Shown here: positions 51,324-61,951 of the stretch, piece by piece
Numbering within the stretch: position 1 is the stretch's first letter
Layout of the letters: each line of letters begins with the position of its first letter
Origin: Candidatus Eiseniibacteriota bacterium
GTDB taxonomy: Bacteria; Eisenbacteria; RBG-16-71-46; SZUA-252
Reading direction: 5' to 3'
Length of the DNA: 64,000 bases
NCBI GenBank assembly: GCA_963703225.1
Contig: OY969801.1
Location: forward strand, 1,664,001 to 1,728,000
The notes under the pieces: generated by a model
What the model was told of the DNA's origin: nothing
Databases searched by the model: none
The model's input: only the letters and a program-made list of their open reading frames with translations
Program-made: the position numbers and the translations under genes

Positions 51324-52580
51324 TCACGGCCTCAGGTAGATGGGGACCAACCCGGATCGACTCGTCGCCCCGGTCGTGCCGTCGAAAATCGTGATGCGTA
51401 TCGAGTAGGTGCGTCCCGGCACCATTTGTATGTCGTCGGTCCACGGCGGCGCCGGTACGCCCGAGGCGATCGCTGTGATCGACCGGGTCACAAGGTCCCG
51501 CCGGATCTCAAGCGCCCACTTGCCGTCAAGCCATGCTCCCTTGCCGATCACGTCAGCCTGGCTGGTCACGCTGTCTGGAAGCGTGAGGCGGAACGAAGGA
51601 ACGTAATCGCCGGGATTCCAGGTCTTGTCCCGCTCCCCGGCATTGTCAAGACGAATGGGATTCTGAAGGTGGCACGCGGTCATCGGCTCCTCGACGGACT
51701 TCCAGAGGACGTAGTCGACTGGCTTGGCGCGATTCAGCCGGGTGTCGCGGACCCCCTTGCTTACGATGTTGAGCGGAACGTTCGACCCGGGGGCGAAATT
51801 GTCGTTCATGTACGTGTAGTTCCCCGGATCCCGGACCGGTCCGCCGCCGATGTCAAACAGGTCCTCCAGGTATCCCGCCCCGGGATGGGTGGTCGAGCCG
51901 TAGTTGTCGCCCGAGGCCGCCGCTCCGGCGAACTCGGTATCGCTGACCGGGGTCGCCGGGTCTGTCGTTTCGGCGCCCCAGCGCCACACGTCCGCGGGGT
52001 AGGAGCCGTTGGCGTCCGAGAAGAATTCGATGGTGACCTCGTCCTCCTCGGCCGGCGAGCGGGTCCACGAGGATTCGTCGGTCAGCGTGGTGTTTCCTTT
52101 GGTGCAATCGATCAACGTATCGCCGACGGCGATGTATGTCGTGTCCGGAGGATTGGTTGCGTATATGGTGTCGGGCTCGTCGGCGATGACGTTCGCGTTG
52201 GTGACGAGCGGATGCTCCAGCCGATTCTCGGTCCGGTCGGGCCACTGGAGGAGAAGAAGGAAGCCGTCGTTGTCGCCAAAGCGGTTCTTGGTCCAGAGGC
52301 TCCGGACCGAGACGTAGTAATTCCCGCCCGTGCCGGCTCCATCGACCAGGATGATCGACGGCTGCCCGGTGAGCGCCCACTCGATGTCGGTCACGCGACC
52401 GTCGATGAGAAGCTCCCGCGATTCCTGCTGGGCGGAATTCAAGAACTGCTCGGATGCCGCGACGGAGACGATGCCGCTCTGCGGGTTGGGGACCGTCATC
52501 TTCGTTTCCCCGCACGAGATCGACCCTGCCGCGGCCACGGCAAAAAGAACCCCTGCTCGGAGCCACCTAACCTGGAGCAT
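51324..52580 (-). CDS. Lipoprotein with an ethylbenzene-dehydrogenase-gamma/DOMON-like domain
   Basis: Lipobox GSIS-C; IDG...EW, LLLQWPDRTE, DVWRW, GAWLDGKWALEIRRDLVT, DDIQ...IFDG. Confidence 0.65.
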   Translation of the reverse strand: MLQVRWLRAGVLFAVAAAGSISCGETKMTVPNPQSGIVSVAASEQFLNSAQQESRELLIDGRVTDIEWALTGQPSIILVDGAGTGGNYYVSVRSLWTKNRFGDNDGFLLLLQWPDRTENRLEHPLVTNANVIADEPDTIYATNPPDTTYIAVGDTLIDCTKGNTTLTDESSWTRSPAEEDEVTIEFFSDANGSYPADVWRWGAETTDPATPVSDTEFAGAAASGDNYGSTTHPGAGYLEDLFDIGGGPVRDPGNYTYMNDNFAPGSNVPLNIVSKGVRDTRLNRAKPVDYVLWKSVEEPMTACHLQNPIRLDNAGERDKTWNPGDYVPSFRLTLPDSVTSQADVIGKGAWLDGKWALEIRRDLVTRSITAIASGVPAPPWTDDIQMVPGRTYSIRITIFDGTTGATSRSGLVPIYLRP

Positions 52581-52623
52581 CTGTAGTCCTCGGATCAATC
52601 GGACCTTAGGGGGGAACTAACGT

Positions 52624-52653
52624 AGGGTAAGAACGGAAGCGCCGAACTGTCAA
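52624..52653 (-). promoter_or_regulatory. sigma70-like promoter of the lipoprotein-barrel-tldD-pmbA unit
   Basis: TTGACA-N18-TACCCT; the -35 overlaps the GH57 TGA. Confidence 0.55.
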
Positions 52654-54704
52654 GCGAAAAGGCCCGGATCGATATGGGGGAAAATCATGTACCGGGCTTC
52701 CATTGCAGCGAGTTCGGCGACATCGATGCGACCCGCCTCGAGCACGCCGGCGAGGCGGGCGAATCGGTCGAGGTGCTCCCCCGTGCGGCGGCAGGCATAC
52801 GGGACAAGCGTTCCCGTCTTCATGATGAACGCCCAATCGCTGGACTGCGCCAGAAGCAGCTCGCGGGCAGCCTGCCTGATCGCGCGCGCGCGAAGAGGGT
52901 CCCCCCGATCCCCACCCTGGGCCAGGGCCCGCATCCGCTCGGCGGCCCGGAGCAAGTGACGATAGATCCAGTCGTTCACCGGATCGAGCCAAACCTCACA
53001 ATACCCCCCAGCTCCCCAGCTCGAGAGCTGTACCTGCCCCGACGAAACACGGGAGAGTCCCGCGATCGCCGAGAGCGGATCGACCGCGGCGAGGGCATCG
53101 GAGCGCGCCGCCTCGTCGAGGACGCGATCGAGCCACTCGGGTCCTTCGTACCACCAGTGCCCGAACAGCTCGGCGTCGTAAGGCGCGAGAAGGAAGGCGG
53201 CCTGGCCCAGCGCCCCTTCCGCCGCGCGGACCTGCGCCTCGCGCCCCCGCACGAAGTGAGTCGCGTGCTCCCCGATGCGGGCGCGGGCCGCCGCGAGATC
53301 GTAGGGTTCTCGGTGGGTCGAGCCCCGATCGGTGATCCGATGATACTTGAGGCCGAGGTGGGTCCGGGTTCCTCCTGACGGAAGGAAGTCTCTCACCTCC
53401 TCCAGTGGAAGGTCGAACCCCTGGTCCCGGTAGTATTCGCGGTACTGGGGATCGCCCGGATAGCCTTCGGTCGCGCTCCAAACTTGTCGCGACGATTCCG
53501 GGTCTCGCCCGAGGGCGAACACGCCCGACCGGGTGCGGAGCGGAGCGAGCACTCCGAGCGCGGGGCGGGGACGCGCATGCTCGATCGCGTGCGCATCAAC
53601 GATGAAATACCTCACCCCGAATTCGCGCCAGCACCTCCTCCACTCCCGGGGCGTAGCCGCACTCGGGCAGCCAGAGCCCCTCGGGAGGATGGCCCACCTG
53701 CCGCTCGAAATCCCGCACCGCGGTTCCGATCTGTCCCCGCCACGAAGGCGCGCCCAGATCCATGAGGGGGAGGAAGCCGTGGGTGGCACCGCACGTGATG
53801 AGGCGAACCACCCCGCGGGCCTCGACCGCCCGGAACGCGGCGGTCACGTCCCTGCCGTACCGTTCCTCGTACTGGACGCGGGCCTCGCGGAACTGGTCAC
53901 GGTAGTGGGCAGCGAGCGGTCCCACTCGGGAATCATCCCGGTAGCGCGCGACATCCTGATCCGCGAGATGAAGCAGGCGATTCAGCCGAAGCGAGAATCG
54001 CCCGCGGAGCATCGGGTCCTCGAGCATCGCGAGAAGCGTGGGAGACAGAGAGATCGTGATCCGCCCCGGCGCCGAGCGAGCCGCGCGCCCCTCGAGCATG
54101 CGAAGAAGCGGGAGATAACACTCGAGGAGGGCCTCCACCAGCCAGCGCTCCTCGAGTGGATCGTCGTACTCGGGATGTCGAACGAAGGGCAGGTGCGCGT
54201 GGAGGACAATGGAGAGGGCGCCGGAGCCCCGAGGCGGCGGGCCTCCGTCCCCCGCGAGGTCGGGGTTCTCGATGCCCGAACCCACTTCCACTGCGGGCGA
54301 GTCGGGGGGAAGCGCGGCCCAGCGCGAAACCAAGAGCGGTTGGAAGCGGGCCGGAAGATCCAGGCCGAGGACCGCCCGGACGGATCGGTTCGATTCGGGA
54401 AGCTCGAGGTAGACACCGTCCTTGGCCAGCGCGTCGGGGAGATCTGCGGTCGCGAGCACGCGCGGCGCTTCGCCCTCGGCCTCACGGGCCTCCACGCGAA
54501 TCTGGAAGCGGAGCGGAGCGGGGAACGTCCGGGCCAAAGTCGCCGCCTTGGCGGCCGTGGCAGGAGAGATTTCCCACGTCGCGAAGACGTCCGTGGATCG
54601 CGTACCAGAAGGTGAACCCGGTCTTCGCCGTAGCGGTGGCCCTGGAGGTCACCCGAAATGGGTTGCCGCGGGCCGGCCGATGCGAGATGGGTGGTGGAGC
54701 TCAC
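52650..54704 (-). CDS. GH57 (DUF1957) branching-enzyme-like protein with an N-terminal DUF4912-like domain; two frameshifts
   Basis: YGEDRVHLLVRDP..FATWE; LHAHLPFVRHP, ATHGFLPL, WLPECGY, PYDAELFGHWWYEGP, RELLLAQSSDWAFIM. Confidence 0.88.
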
Positions 54705-54724
54705 GGAGGCGTCGCGATCGTCGG

Positions 54725-56640
54725 TCAGTGGAGCATCACGATGCGCCGCGTCAACCGCTCGCCGCCGATCTGAACGACCAGGAAATAGAGACCGCCCGGC
54801 TGATGGGCTCCTCCCCGCCCCGAGCGCCCGTCCCAGACCCAGTCGATGCCTCCGGATGTCGGCACGATCAAGGACCAGGATCGGACCACACGGCCGGACA
54901 CGTCGAACACCCGTGCCGTGGCGGCGAGCCCGCCCTTCCCGCGGAGCGAGAACTGGACCGCTCCGTCGCTGGGATTGGGCCCGGCCGTCAAGCTGGGAAC
55001 GGTGGGCCCCGCGGCGCCATTCGACCCGCCCACGCCCGAGGTGCCGCCCGTCACCGTGATCACGGTGGCCGCCGGGACATCCATCATCATTCCGTTGGTA
55101 TTGTGCGCCTGAAATTCGAGCAGGTGGTTCCCCATTCCGGGAGACGGAAGGAGAAACGTGAAGCGCTCGGAGCCCTCGTCGAAAATTCCGTCATCGGGGG
55201 AAACCGGGATCCACGCCCCTCCGTCCAGGCGCTGCCAGATGGAATCAACCGTCGCGAACGTGATCGAGTCCCCCGTGCCGAAGTGATACGGGTTTCGGTT
55301 CGGGAGCGCGTCGTCGGCCGCCGCGCCGCGGACCAGGATCGGGATGCCCTGGGAGGCCGAATAGTGAGCGGAGTCGGGGACCACTCTCGGTCGGGTCTCG
55401 TAGATGTCGAGGATCCCGTTCTGGTCCAGGTCAACCCAGCCAATTTGTCTCTCCGTGGGCGGGCATAGGCTGTCCGGATAGTTTCCCTTCATGAAGCAGC
55501 GACGATCGACATTGCAGTATCCGTTCGCGGGCAGCGCCGAGTTCGAGTTCTGCTGATTGAAGTATCCGGTGTTGAGGGAGCAGGCCCACCAGGCGTTGCT
55601 GGCCGGGTACTCGTCCAGTGCCCAGAACATGTGCGTCATCTCGTGCTCGATGTAGAAGTCGAGGGTCGCGCTCCCGAAGTTCGACTGCTTGACCATGACG
55701 ACGAAATAGGGACCGCCGAGGATCGCATGCTCTCCGATACCGTCCGCGAATTTGCCGTCCGCGTCCGTGTCGTTCTGCACCGCCAGAAGGAGCGCAGCCC
55801 ACTGCGTGCCGAGACGCGCCCGCGCGGCGTTCGCGAGCTCGTATGCCATCGCCACCGGGTCCCCGCTGTAGCCGACAAGCGGCTCGAGGGTATCCTGGAT
55901 CCACAGATGCTCGTCCGCGACGGGCCGATCGATCGGCTCGTAGCGGGTCGGCGAGATCGGGTGCACCTCGATCAGGAACGTCAACGGCACTCCACGCGCG
56001 TTCGCGAGTGCGGTCCACTTGAGAAATCCCCGCACCGCCGACCGGACCACCGAGTCGCGGAGCGCCGGGGTCCAATCGTAACGGTTCGCGATCGACGCTC
56101 CCGTCGCTATCCGGAAAGAGCAGCGGGCACCGCGACGCGCCCAATCATCAACTCGCTGGTGTCAGTCCACCGCGCTCCGTACGGGAGTCCGGACGGGAGA
56201 ACTGGTGCCGCCGCGCCGCGCCAGTCGGCCCCGGATCCTTGATCGCGGGGAACGGGAGGAAGAACATCGGCGATGCCCCCGAAGGGATCCTCGGACGAAG
56301 CACCCGACGCTGGCGCAGCCTTTGGGACCGCCACGGATGCCGGCGTCACGTCCTCGACCCCCATCGGGAGCGGCGACGTGCGGCCCCCGGCGCGGACGAA
56401 GAACGTACTGGGCAACACGGCGACGTCGACGTGGTAGCCGGCCCGCTCCAAGGCGTCGATCGTCTCCGCCGCCGAGCCCAACCGACTCGAAGCGAGGACC
56501 CGCACGCCGGCGATCGGCGCGAGCGACCGGACGCCGGCGGGGTTCCAAGCGGCTTCGGCACGGGCCGAGGACGGCGCGATGGGACCCAGAAAGGCGGCGA
56601 TCAGGGCCGTTCTAGCGAAGCTGCACCACGCGAACCGCAC
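54725..56640 (-). CDS. Secreted zinc metallopeptidase with an FlgD/T9SS-like C-terminal domain; frameshifted near 56120
   Basis: Signal peptide; HEMTHMFWALDEY; CFM Met-turn-like; GPNPS...VFDVSGRVVR...WDGR...GLYFL. Confidence 0.8.
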
Positions 56641-59407
56641 GGCGCTCCCTCCCCATTTCGGCGACAATCCAGTACACGCCGCTCGCCGATACCTTCGAGC
56701 GAGCATCCCTGCCGTCCCATCGGAGGACGGATCGAGTGGAACTCAGCGGTCCATCATGAAGCGTCGCGACGAGGTCTCCTCGGACCCCGATGACGCGAAC
56801 CGTGACCCGCTCGGAGGAGCCCGAGGACACCTCCACCGGGATCTCGATCCATCCGGCGAACGGGTTCGGCGCCACCGGTCCCACCCTCATCGCGCGCGGC
56901 GGAGCCGGCGGAGGGGGCTCTGGCGCGGGGGCAGGCGGGGGCGGCTCGGTCACGGCCGTGGTGCCGAAGTTGAGCACCCGGCCCAGTATGTCGAGACCGC
57001 TGGAAGGCGATCGGTCGTCCGACCAGATCACGACCGCGCGTCCCGCTGAATCGAACCCGACGCTGGGGTCGAGCTGGTCGGCGCCCAGCACATCTTGATC
57101 GACTCGGATCAAGCCGCTCGCCGGCGCGGCGCCCGAGGCGAACTCCTGGAGCCAGATGCTCCAGTTGCCGTCCCTCCTCGCCTCCCAGGTCGCGACCGAT
57201 CGGTCTCCCGATACGGCGATCGACGGAACCGCCTGGACCTCGAGGCCGTCGTCGGGGCCCAGTGCGGCGACCGGCCCGAGCGGGACGCCGAGGGAGTTGA
57301 ATCCCTGATGGTAGCTCTGCCCGAACCCGTTCGCGCCAACCCCCATCCAGGCCATTTCGACCCTTCCATCGGGTCCCACGCCAAGAGACGGATGATCCCG
57401 CTCCCCCGTCATCGACGGGGCCACCGCGATCGGAGTGCGGTCGGCGGCCAGGTTGGCGTCCAGATGAGTCATCCAGAGCCGCTGCTCTCGCGCAGCCCCT
57501 TCAGCGTAGCAGAGCCAGTAGCCGCCAGTCGGGTCGAGATCGAGATCGAGGGCGAAGACCGGATCGGCCGGCTCGACTTGCAGGACGGGGTGGAGCGCCC
57601 CGAGGGGCGTCCCGCCGGGGCCGAAGCGCTGCCCGTAGATTCGCGGACCCCCGTCGCGCGTGTCGAGCCAGACGACCGCGAACTCGGTGCCGTTCGCGAC
57701 CACGGCGGGGAGCGACTCCGAGCTCGGCAGGCTGTCGGTGAGCCAGAAGCTGGGTGCGGAGACGGCTCCAGGCGCGCTGAAGAAGAATCCGCGCAGCTCG
57801 CCGGCATCGGAGTCGCGCGTCACGTGCGCCACCAGAAGCGCCGATCCGTCCGAGGCGACGGCCGCCTCCGAGCTCAGCGCGCGCGTCAATCCGTCCGCCT
57901 TCCAGATCATCTGATTGGGACCGTCTCGTCCGCCCGCGGCCGTGAGCCACTGCGCATAGAGATCGTCGGTCCCCCCGCGACGGTCGGTCCACGTGGCGAG
58001 GTATCGCCCGGGCCCCCGACCGATTCGCGGGCGCCGTTGATCTCCCGCGGCCGCGTCGTCGTTCAGCTGCGACTCCGAGCCGCGCCGGGTCCCGTCCGGG
58101 AAGAAGGAGATGGCATAGATGTCGGGGGATCCGTTCCGTCCGTCCTCCCAAACGCCGAGCATGGCATCCCGCCCGTCCCAAACCGCGCTCGGAGTCCCCT
58201 GCCGGCCCAACAGCGACACGTTCACCCGGAAGTTGGCGCTGGGGGGCAATGCGCCGAAAGGAACGTCCGCCGCTTCCACGTTGGAATCGAGCCCGAGGTT
58301 TCCGCGCAGATCTTCCCAAACCAGGAACGCGCTCCCTGGGATCGTCAGGGCGCGGACGCCGCGCTGATCGCGTCCCAGCGGATCGTCGTTGACACGGACA
58401 TTGACGCCGAGCGGGGCCCCGTTCGCGTCGAGGCGCTGCGCGTAGACATCTCCCGCGTCGGTCGGGAAGCTCCGCCGGTCGATCCAGGCGACGACGAATC
58501 CGCCGGTTGGATCGGCGGCAATCGAGACCGACGCGTCGCGCTGCGGCACGGTCGTCTCGTTGATCTTGAAATTGCCTCCCACCGGCTGCCCGTTGGGATC
58601 CAGAAGCTGAGCAAAGACGTCGAACGTCGCCCCGAAGACCGATCCCCCTTCCCGACCGTCGAGCCAGGCCACCAGCGTGGTGCCGTCCGCCCGGGCGGCG
58701 GCGGCGGGTTCTCCTTGGTAGCTCCCGCCTGTGACGGGATCGACCGAAATCTTGAAGTTGGGACCAATGGGGGCGCCGGTGCTGGTCAGACGGGAGGCGA
58801 ATATCTCACCCTGCCCTTGCCGCTGATCGCCCCAGACGACAAGGTACTGGCTGGACCCCATCTCGATGACCTGGGGTGCGGCCTGCTCCGAGAATCCGGT
58901 GTCGTCGTTCAATCGGAGATTGGGGGTGATGCGGAGCCCGATGGAGTCGAGCGTCGCGCCGAAGACGTCGCGGTTCCCGGCCCGCCCATCCTCCCAGACG
59001 CAGAAGAAGGTGCCCGCGGGGCTCGCCGCGATGGAAGGAAACCCCTGGTTGACGCCGGGCGGGTCGTCGTTCAGCCTCCGATTCACGGTGGAGCCGACGG
59101 CCTGGGGGTCGCGGAGGGTCATCAAGTAGGTGTCGAAGTCGACCACCCCCCCATTGGAATTCCGTCCGTCCATCCAGACGACGACCATGTTCCCGGTCGC
59201 ACCCCGTGCGACACGCGGCGCCCATTGATTGCGGTCGACGCGGTCATCGTTCAGGAGGAATTCGTCTTGTGCGGTCGCGGGGCGTACCGCGAGGAAATCC
59301 GAGCAAAGGCCAACGAGGGCCGCGGCCAGGAACGCAGGCCACGCGCGCCGCAGGGCGTCACCGAGTTGTTGAATTCGCGAAATCGAGCCGCCGGGTCGCG
59401 CAGGCAA
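56612..59407 (-). CDS. Secreted repeat protein (about 14 repeats of about 55 aa) with a Pro-rich linker and FlgD/T9SS-like CTD
   Basis: Repeated NxRxNDD...Q..P...VVWxDxR...DxxA; APNPF...WDGRD...SGVYW; start uncertain. Confidence 0.85.
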   Translation of the reverse strand: MPARPGGSISRIQQLGDALRRAWPAFLAAALVGLCSDFLAVRPATAQDEFLLNDDRVDRNQWAPRVARGATGNMVVVWMDGRNSNGGVVDFDTYLMTLRDPQAVGSTVNRRLNDDPPGVNQGFPSIAASPAGTFFCVWEDGRAGNRDVFGATLDSIGLRITPNLRLNDDTGFSEQAAPQVIEMGSSQYLVVWGDQRQGQGEIFASRLTSTGAPIGPNFKISVDPVTGGSYQGEPAAAARADGTTLVAWLDGREGGSVFGATFDVFAQLLDPNGQPVGGNFKINETTVPQRDASVSIAADPTGGFVVAWIDRRSFPTDAGDVYAQRLDANGAPLGVNVRVNDDPLGRDQRGVRALTIPGSAFLVWEDLRGNLGLDSNVEAADVPFGALPPSANFRVNVSLLGRQGTPSAVWDGRDAMLGVWEDGRNGSPDIYAISFFPDGTRRGSESQLNDDAAAGDQRRPRIGRGPGRYLATWTDRRGGTDDLYAQWLTAAGGRDGPNQMIWKADGLTRALSSEAAVASDGSALLVAHVTRDSDAGELRGFFFSAPGAVSAPSFWLTDSLPSSESLPAVVANGTEFAVVWLDTRDGGPRIYGQRFGPGGTPLGALHPVLQVEPADPVFALDLDLDPTGGYWLCYAEGAAREQRLWMTHLDANLAADRTPIAVAPSMTGERDHPSLGVGPDGRVEMAWMGVGANGFGQSYHQGFNSLGVPLGPVAALGPDDGLEVQAVPSIAVSGDRSVATWEARRDGNWSIWLQEFASGAAPASGLIRVDQDVLGADQLDPSVGFDSAGRAVVIWSDDRSPSSGLDILGRVLNFGTTAVTEPPPPAPAPEPPPPAPPRAMRVGPVAPNPFAGWIEIPVEVSSGSSERVTVRVIGVRGDLVATLHDGPLSSTRSVLRWDGRDARSKVSASGVYWIVAEMGRERRAVRVVQLR

Positions 59408-59447
59408 GGCAGTAAACCCCTTCCGGCGTGACGCGAGACGACGGCGC

Positions 59448-60829
59448 TCAGACGTGGAGCGCGGGGATCGTCACCTCGGGGTAACGAGCCAAAACCTCGT
59501 AAACGTCGCGCGAGATCGCCTGGAGGCGCTCCGGGCTTCTCGCCTCAAATCGAACCACGAGCACAGGTTGCGTATTGGAGGCCCGGATCAGTCCCCAGCC
59601 GTCGCCAAATTGGACGCGGACGCCGTCCACGTCGAGCACCTCGTGCCGTGCGCGGTAGTAATCGCGCACCTTGTCAACGATACCAAATTTGGCCGCATCA
59701 GCGCAATCGAGGCGGATCTCCGGGGTCGCGACGTAGCGGGACTGAGGGAGCGCGTCGACCATCGCGGAGAGCGGGGTCCGCCGCGATGCGGCCAGAATCC
59801 GCAGCAGCCGGCCGGCCGCGTAGAGCGCGTCGTCGTACCCGTAGAACTCGTCGGCGAAGAACATGTGCCCCGACATCTCCCCGCCGAGGGGTGCGTTCAG
59901 CTCGCGCATCTTCGCCTTGATCAACGAGTGACCTGCCTTCCACATGATCGGCTTTCCGCCCTCGGCTCGTGACCCACTCGACGAGACCTTGGGAGCACTT
60001 GACCTCGAACACGATGGGGCTCCCAGGCAATCTTGGCGAGCACGTCGGTTGCGTAGAGGGCGAGCACCTGATCCCCGAAGAGGAGCCGTCCCTTCTCGTC
60101 CACGGCGCCCACCCGATCGGCGTCGCCGTCGAACCCGATCCCCACGTCGGCCCGCTTGGCCGGCACGCGCTCCATGAGCGCGGCCATGAGGGAGGGAACG
60201 GTCGGATCGGGAAGGTGGTTGGGGAACCTGCCGTCGGGCTCGGCGAAGATCGCGTCGACCTCGCAGCCGATGCCGCGCAGGAAACGCGGGCCGAGGATGC
60301 TCGCCGCCCCGTTGCCGGGATCGCAGACCACCCGGAGGGGCCCGACCTGTCCGATGCGCGCGACGAGGTCCGAGAGGTACGCCTCGTCCACCGAGGCTTC
60401 CTCCACCGTGCCGCGCGAGGCCAGAACGCCCGCCGATTCCGCGCGGACCCTCAGGTCCTGTATGTCGGGGCCGTGTAGCGAATGGATCCCGTCGGAGAGC
60501 TTGAGCCCGTTGTACTCGATCGGGTTGTGGCTCCCCGTGACCATCGCGCCCGCGTCCGCCTTCATCGTGACGACGGCGAAGTAGAGCGCCGGGGTTGGCA
60601 CCACGCCGACGTCCACCACGTTGGCGCCTTGATCCCGCAGGCCCTCGATCAACGCGGTCCGGATTCTCCCCGACGAGAGCCGGACATCCCTTCCCACGGC
60701 GACCTTGCGCTGGCCCCGCTCCCGCATCCTTTGGCCGAAGGCGCGACCGACCGCGCGGACCACGTCGTCGGTGAGATCGCGGTCGGCGATGCCGCGGATG
60801 TCGTACTCACGAAAGATCTGGGGATTCAC
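59448..60829 (-). CDS. Phosphomannomutase/phosphoglucomutase (AlgC-like), two frameshifts near 60030 and 59965
   Basis: IFREYDIRG, TGSHNP, FDGDADR, GEMSGH, RASNTQP. Confidence 0.93.
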
Positions 60830-61930
60830 TTGGGCTCCTTCAGCCTGAGGTATGCGTCGATGAACGGCTCGAGTCCGCCGTTCATCACGGCCTGGACGTC
60901 GGTCTCGACCACGTCGGTCCGGTGATCCTTCACCTGGGTGTAGGGCTGGAATACGTACGATCGAATCTGGTTTCCCCAGGCGATGTCCTTCTTCCCTCCA
61001 CCGAGGGAGTTCATCTTCTCACGATCCTCTTCCAGGCGCATCGCGTAGAGGCGCGCCATGAGGATCTTCATCGCGGCGTCCCGGTTTCGGTGCTGCGAGC
61101 GCTCGTTCTGGCACTGCACGACGAGATTCGTCGGTAGGTGGGTGATCCGCACCGCCGATTCGGTCTTGTTGACGTGCTGTCCCCCGGCGCCACTGGCGCG
61201 GTAGGTGTCGATGCGCAGGTCCCCCTCCTTGATCTCGATCTTCACGTCGTCGCCGGCCTGCGGAAACACGAAGACCGAAGCGAAGGAGGTGTGCCGGCGA
61301 TGCTGCGCATCGTAGGGCGAGATGCGCACCAATCGGTGCACCCCGCGCTCCGCCTTGAGGTATCCGTACGCGAATTCGCCGTCCACCTGGACCGTGGCGT
61401 CCTTGATTCCCGCTTCGTCGCCCGGCTGGAGGTCGAGAACCTGGGCCTTCCACCCGCTCCGCTCGATGAAACGCGTGTACATGCGGAACAGCATCTCAGC
61501 CCAGTCCTGCGACTCGGTCCCCCCCGCGCCCGGGTGGATCGTCAGGATGGCCCCGTGGGAATCGCTCTCCTCGGAGAGGAGGCTCCTGATTTCGAGGGAA
61601 TGAATCTTCGGGAGCAGGTGCTTCGACTGCTCGTCCAGCTCGGCCGCGAGGGATTCGTCGGGGTCCTGGGAGAGCAAATTCGCCATCCCTTCCGCGTCGG
61701 CGACCTCCCGCGAAAGCTCGCGAAAAGGCTCGTAGACGCGGCGAAGCGATTTCAGCTCGGCTACGACCCTTTGCGCGCCTTCGGGGTCGTCCCAGAAGCC
61801 CGGAGCCGCCATCTTGGCCTCGAGCTCCCGCGCCCTTGCCTCCCGATGCTCGACGTCAAAGAAAGCTCCCGAGCTGCGCCAGGATCTGGCGTCCGTCCTC
61901 AAGCCGCTTTCTCGTCGCTGCTAAATCCAT
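60826..61930 (-). CDS. prfB: Peptide chain release factor 2, programmed +1 frameshift
   Basis: ATG at 61930, MDLAATRKRLEDGRQILAQLGSFL, then CTT-TGA-C; GAGGTESQDW, SPY, GGQ, WGNQIRSY. Confidence 0.97.
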
Positions 61931-61951
61931 CCGGTTCGCTCCTCTCTTGGA

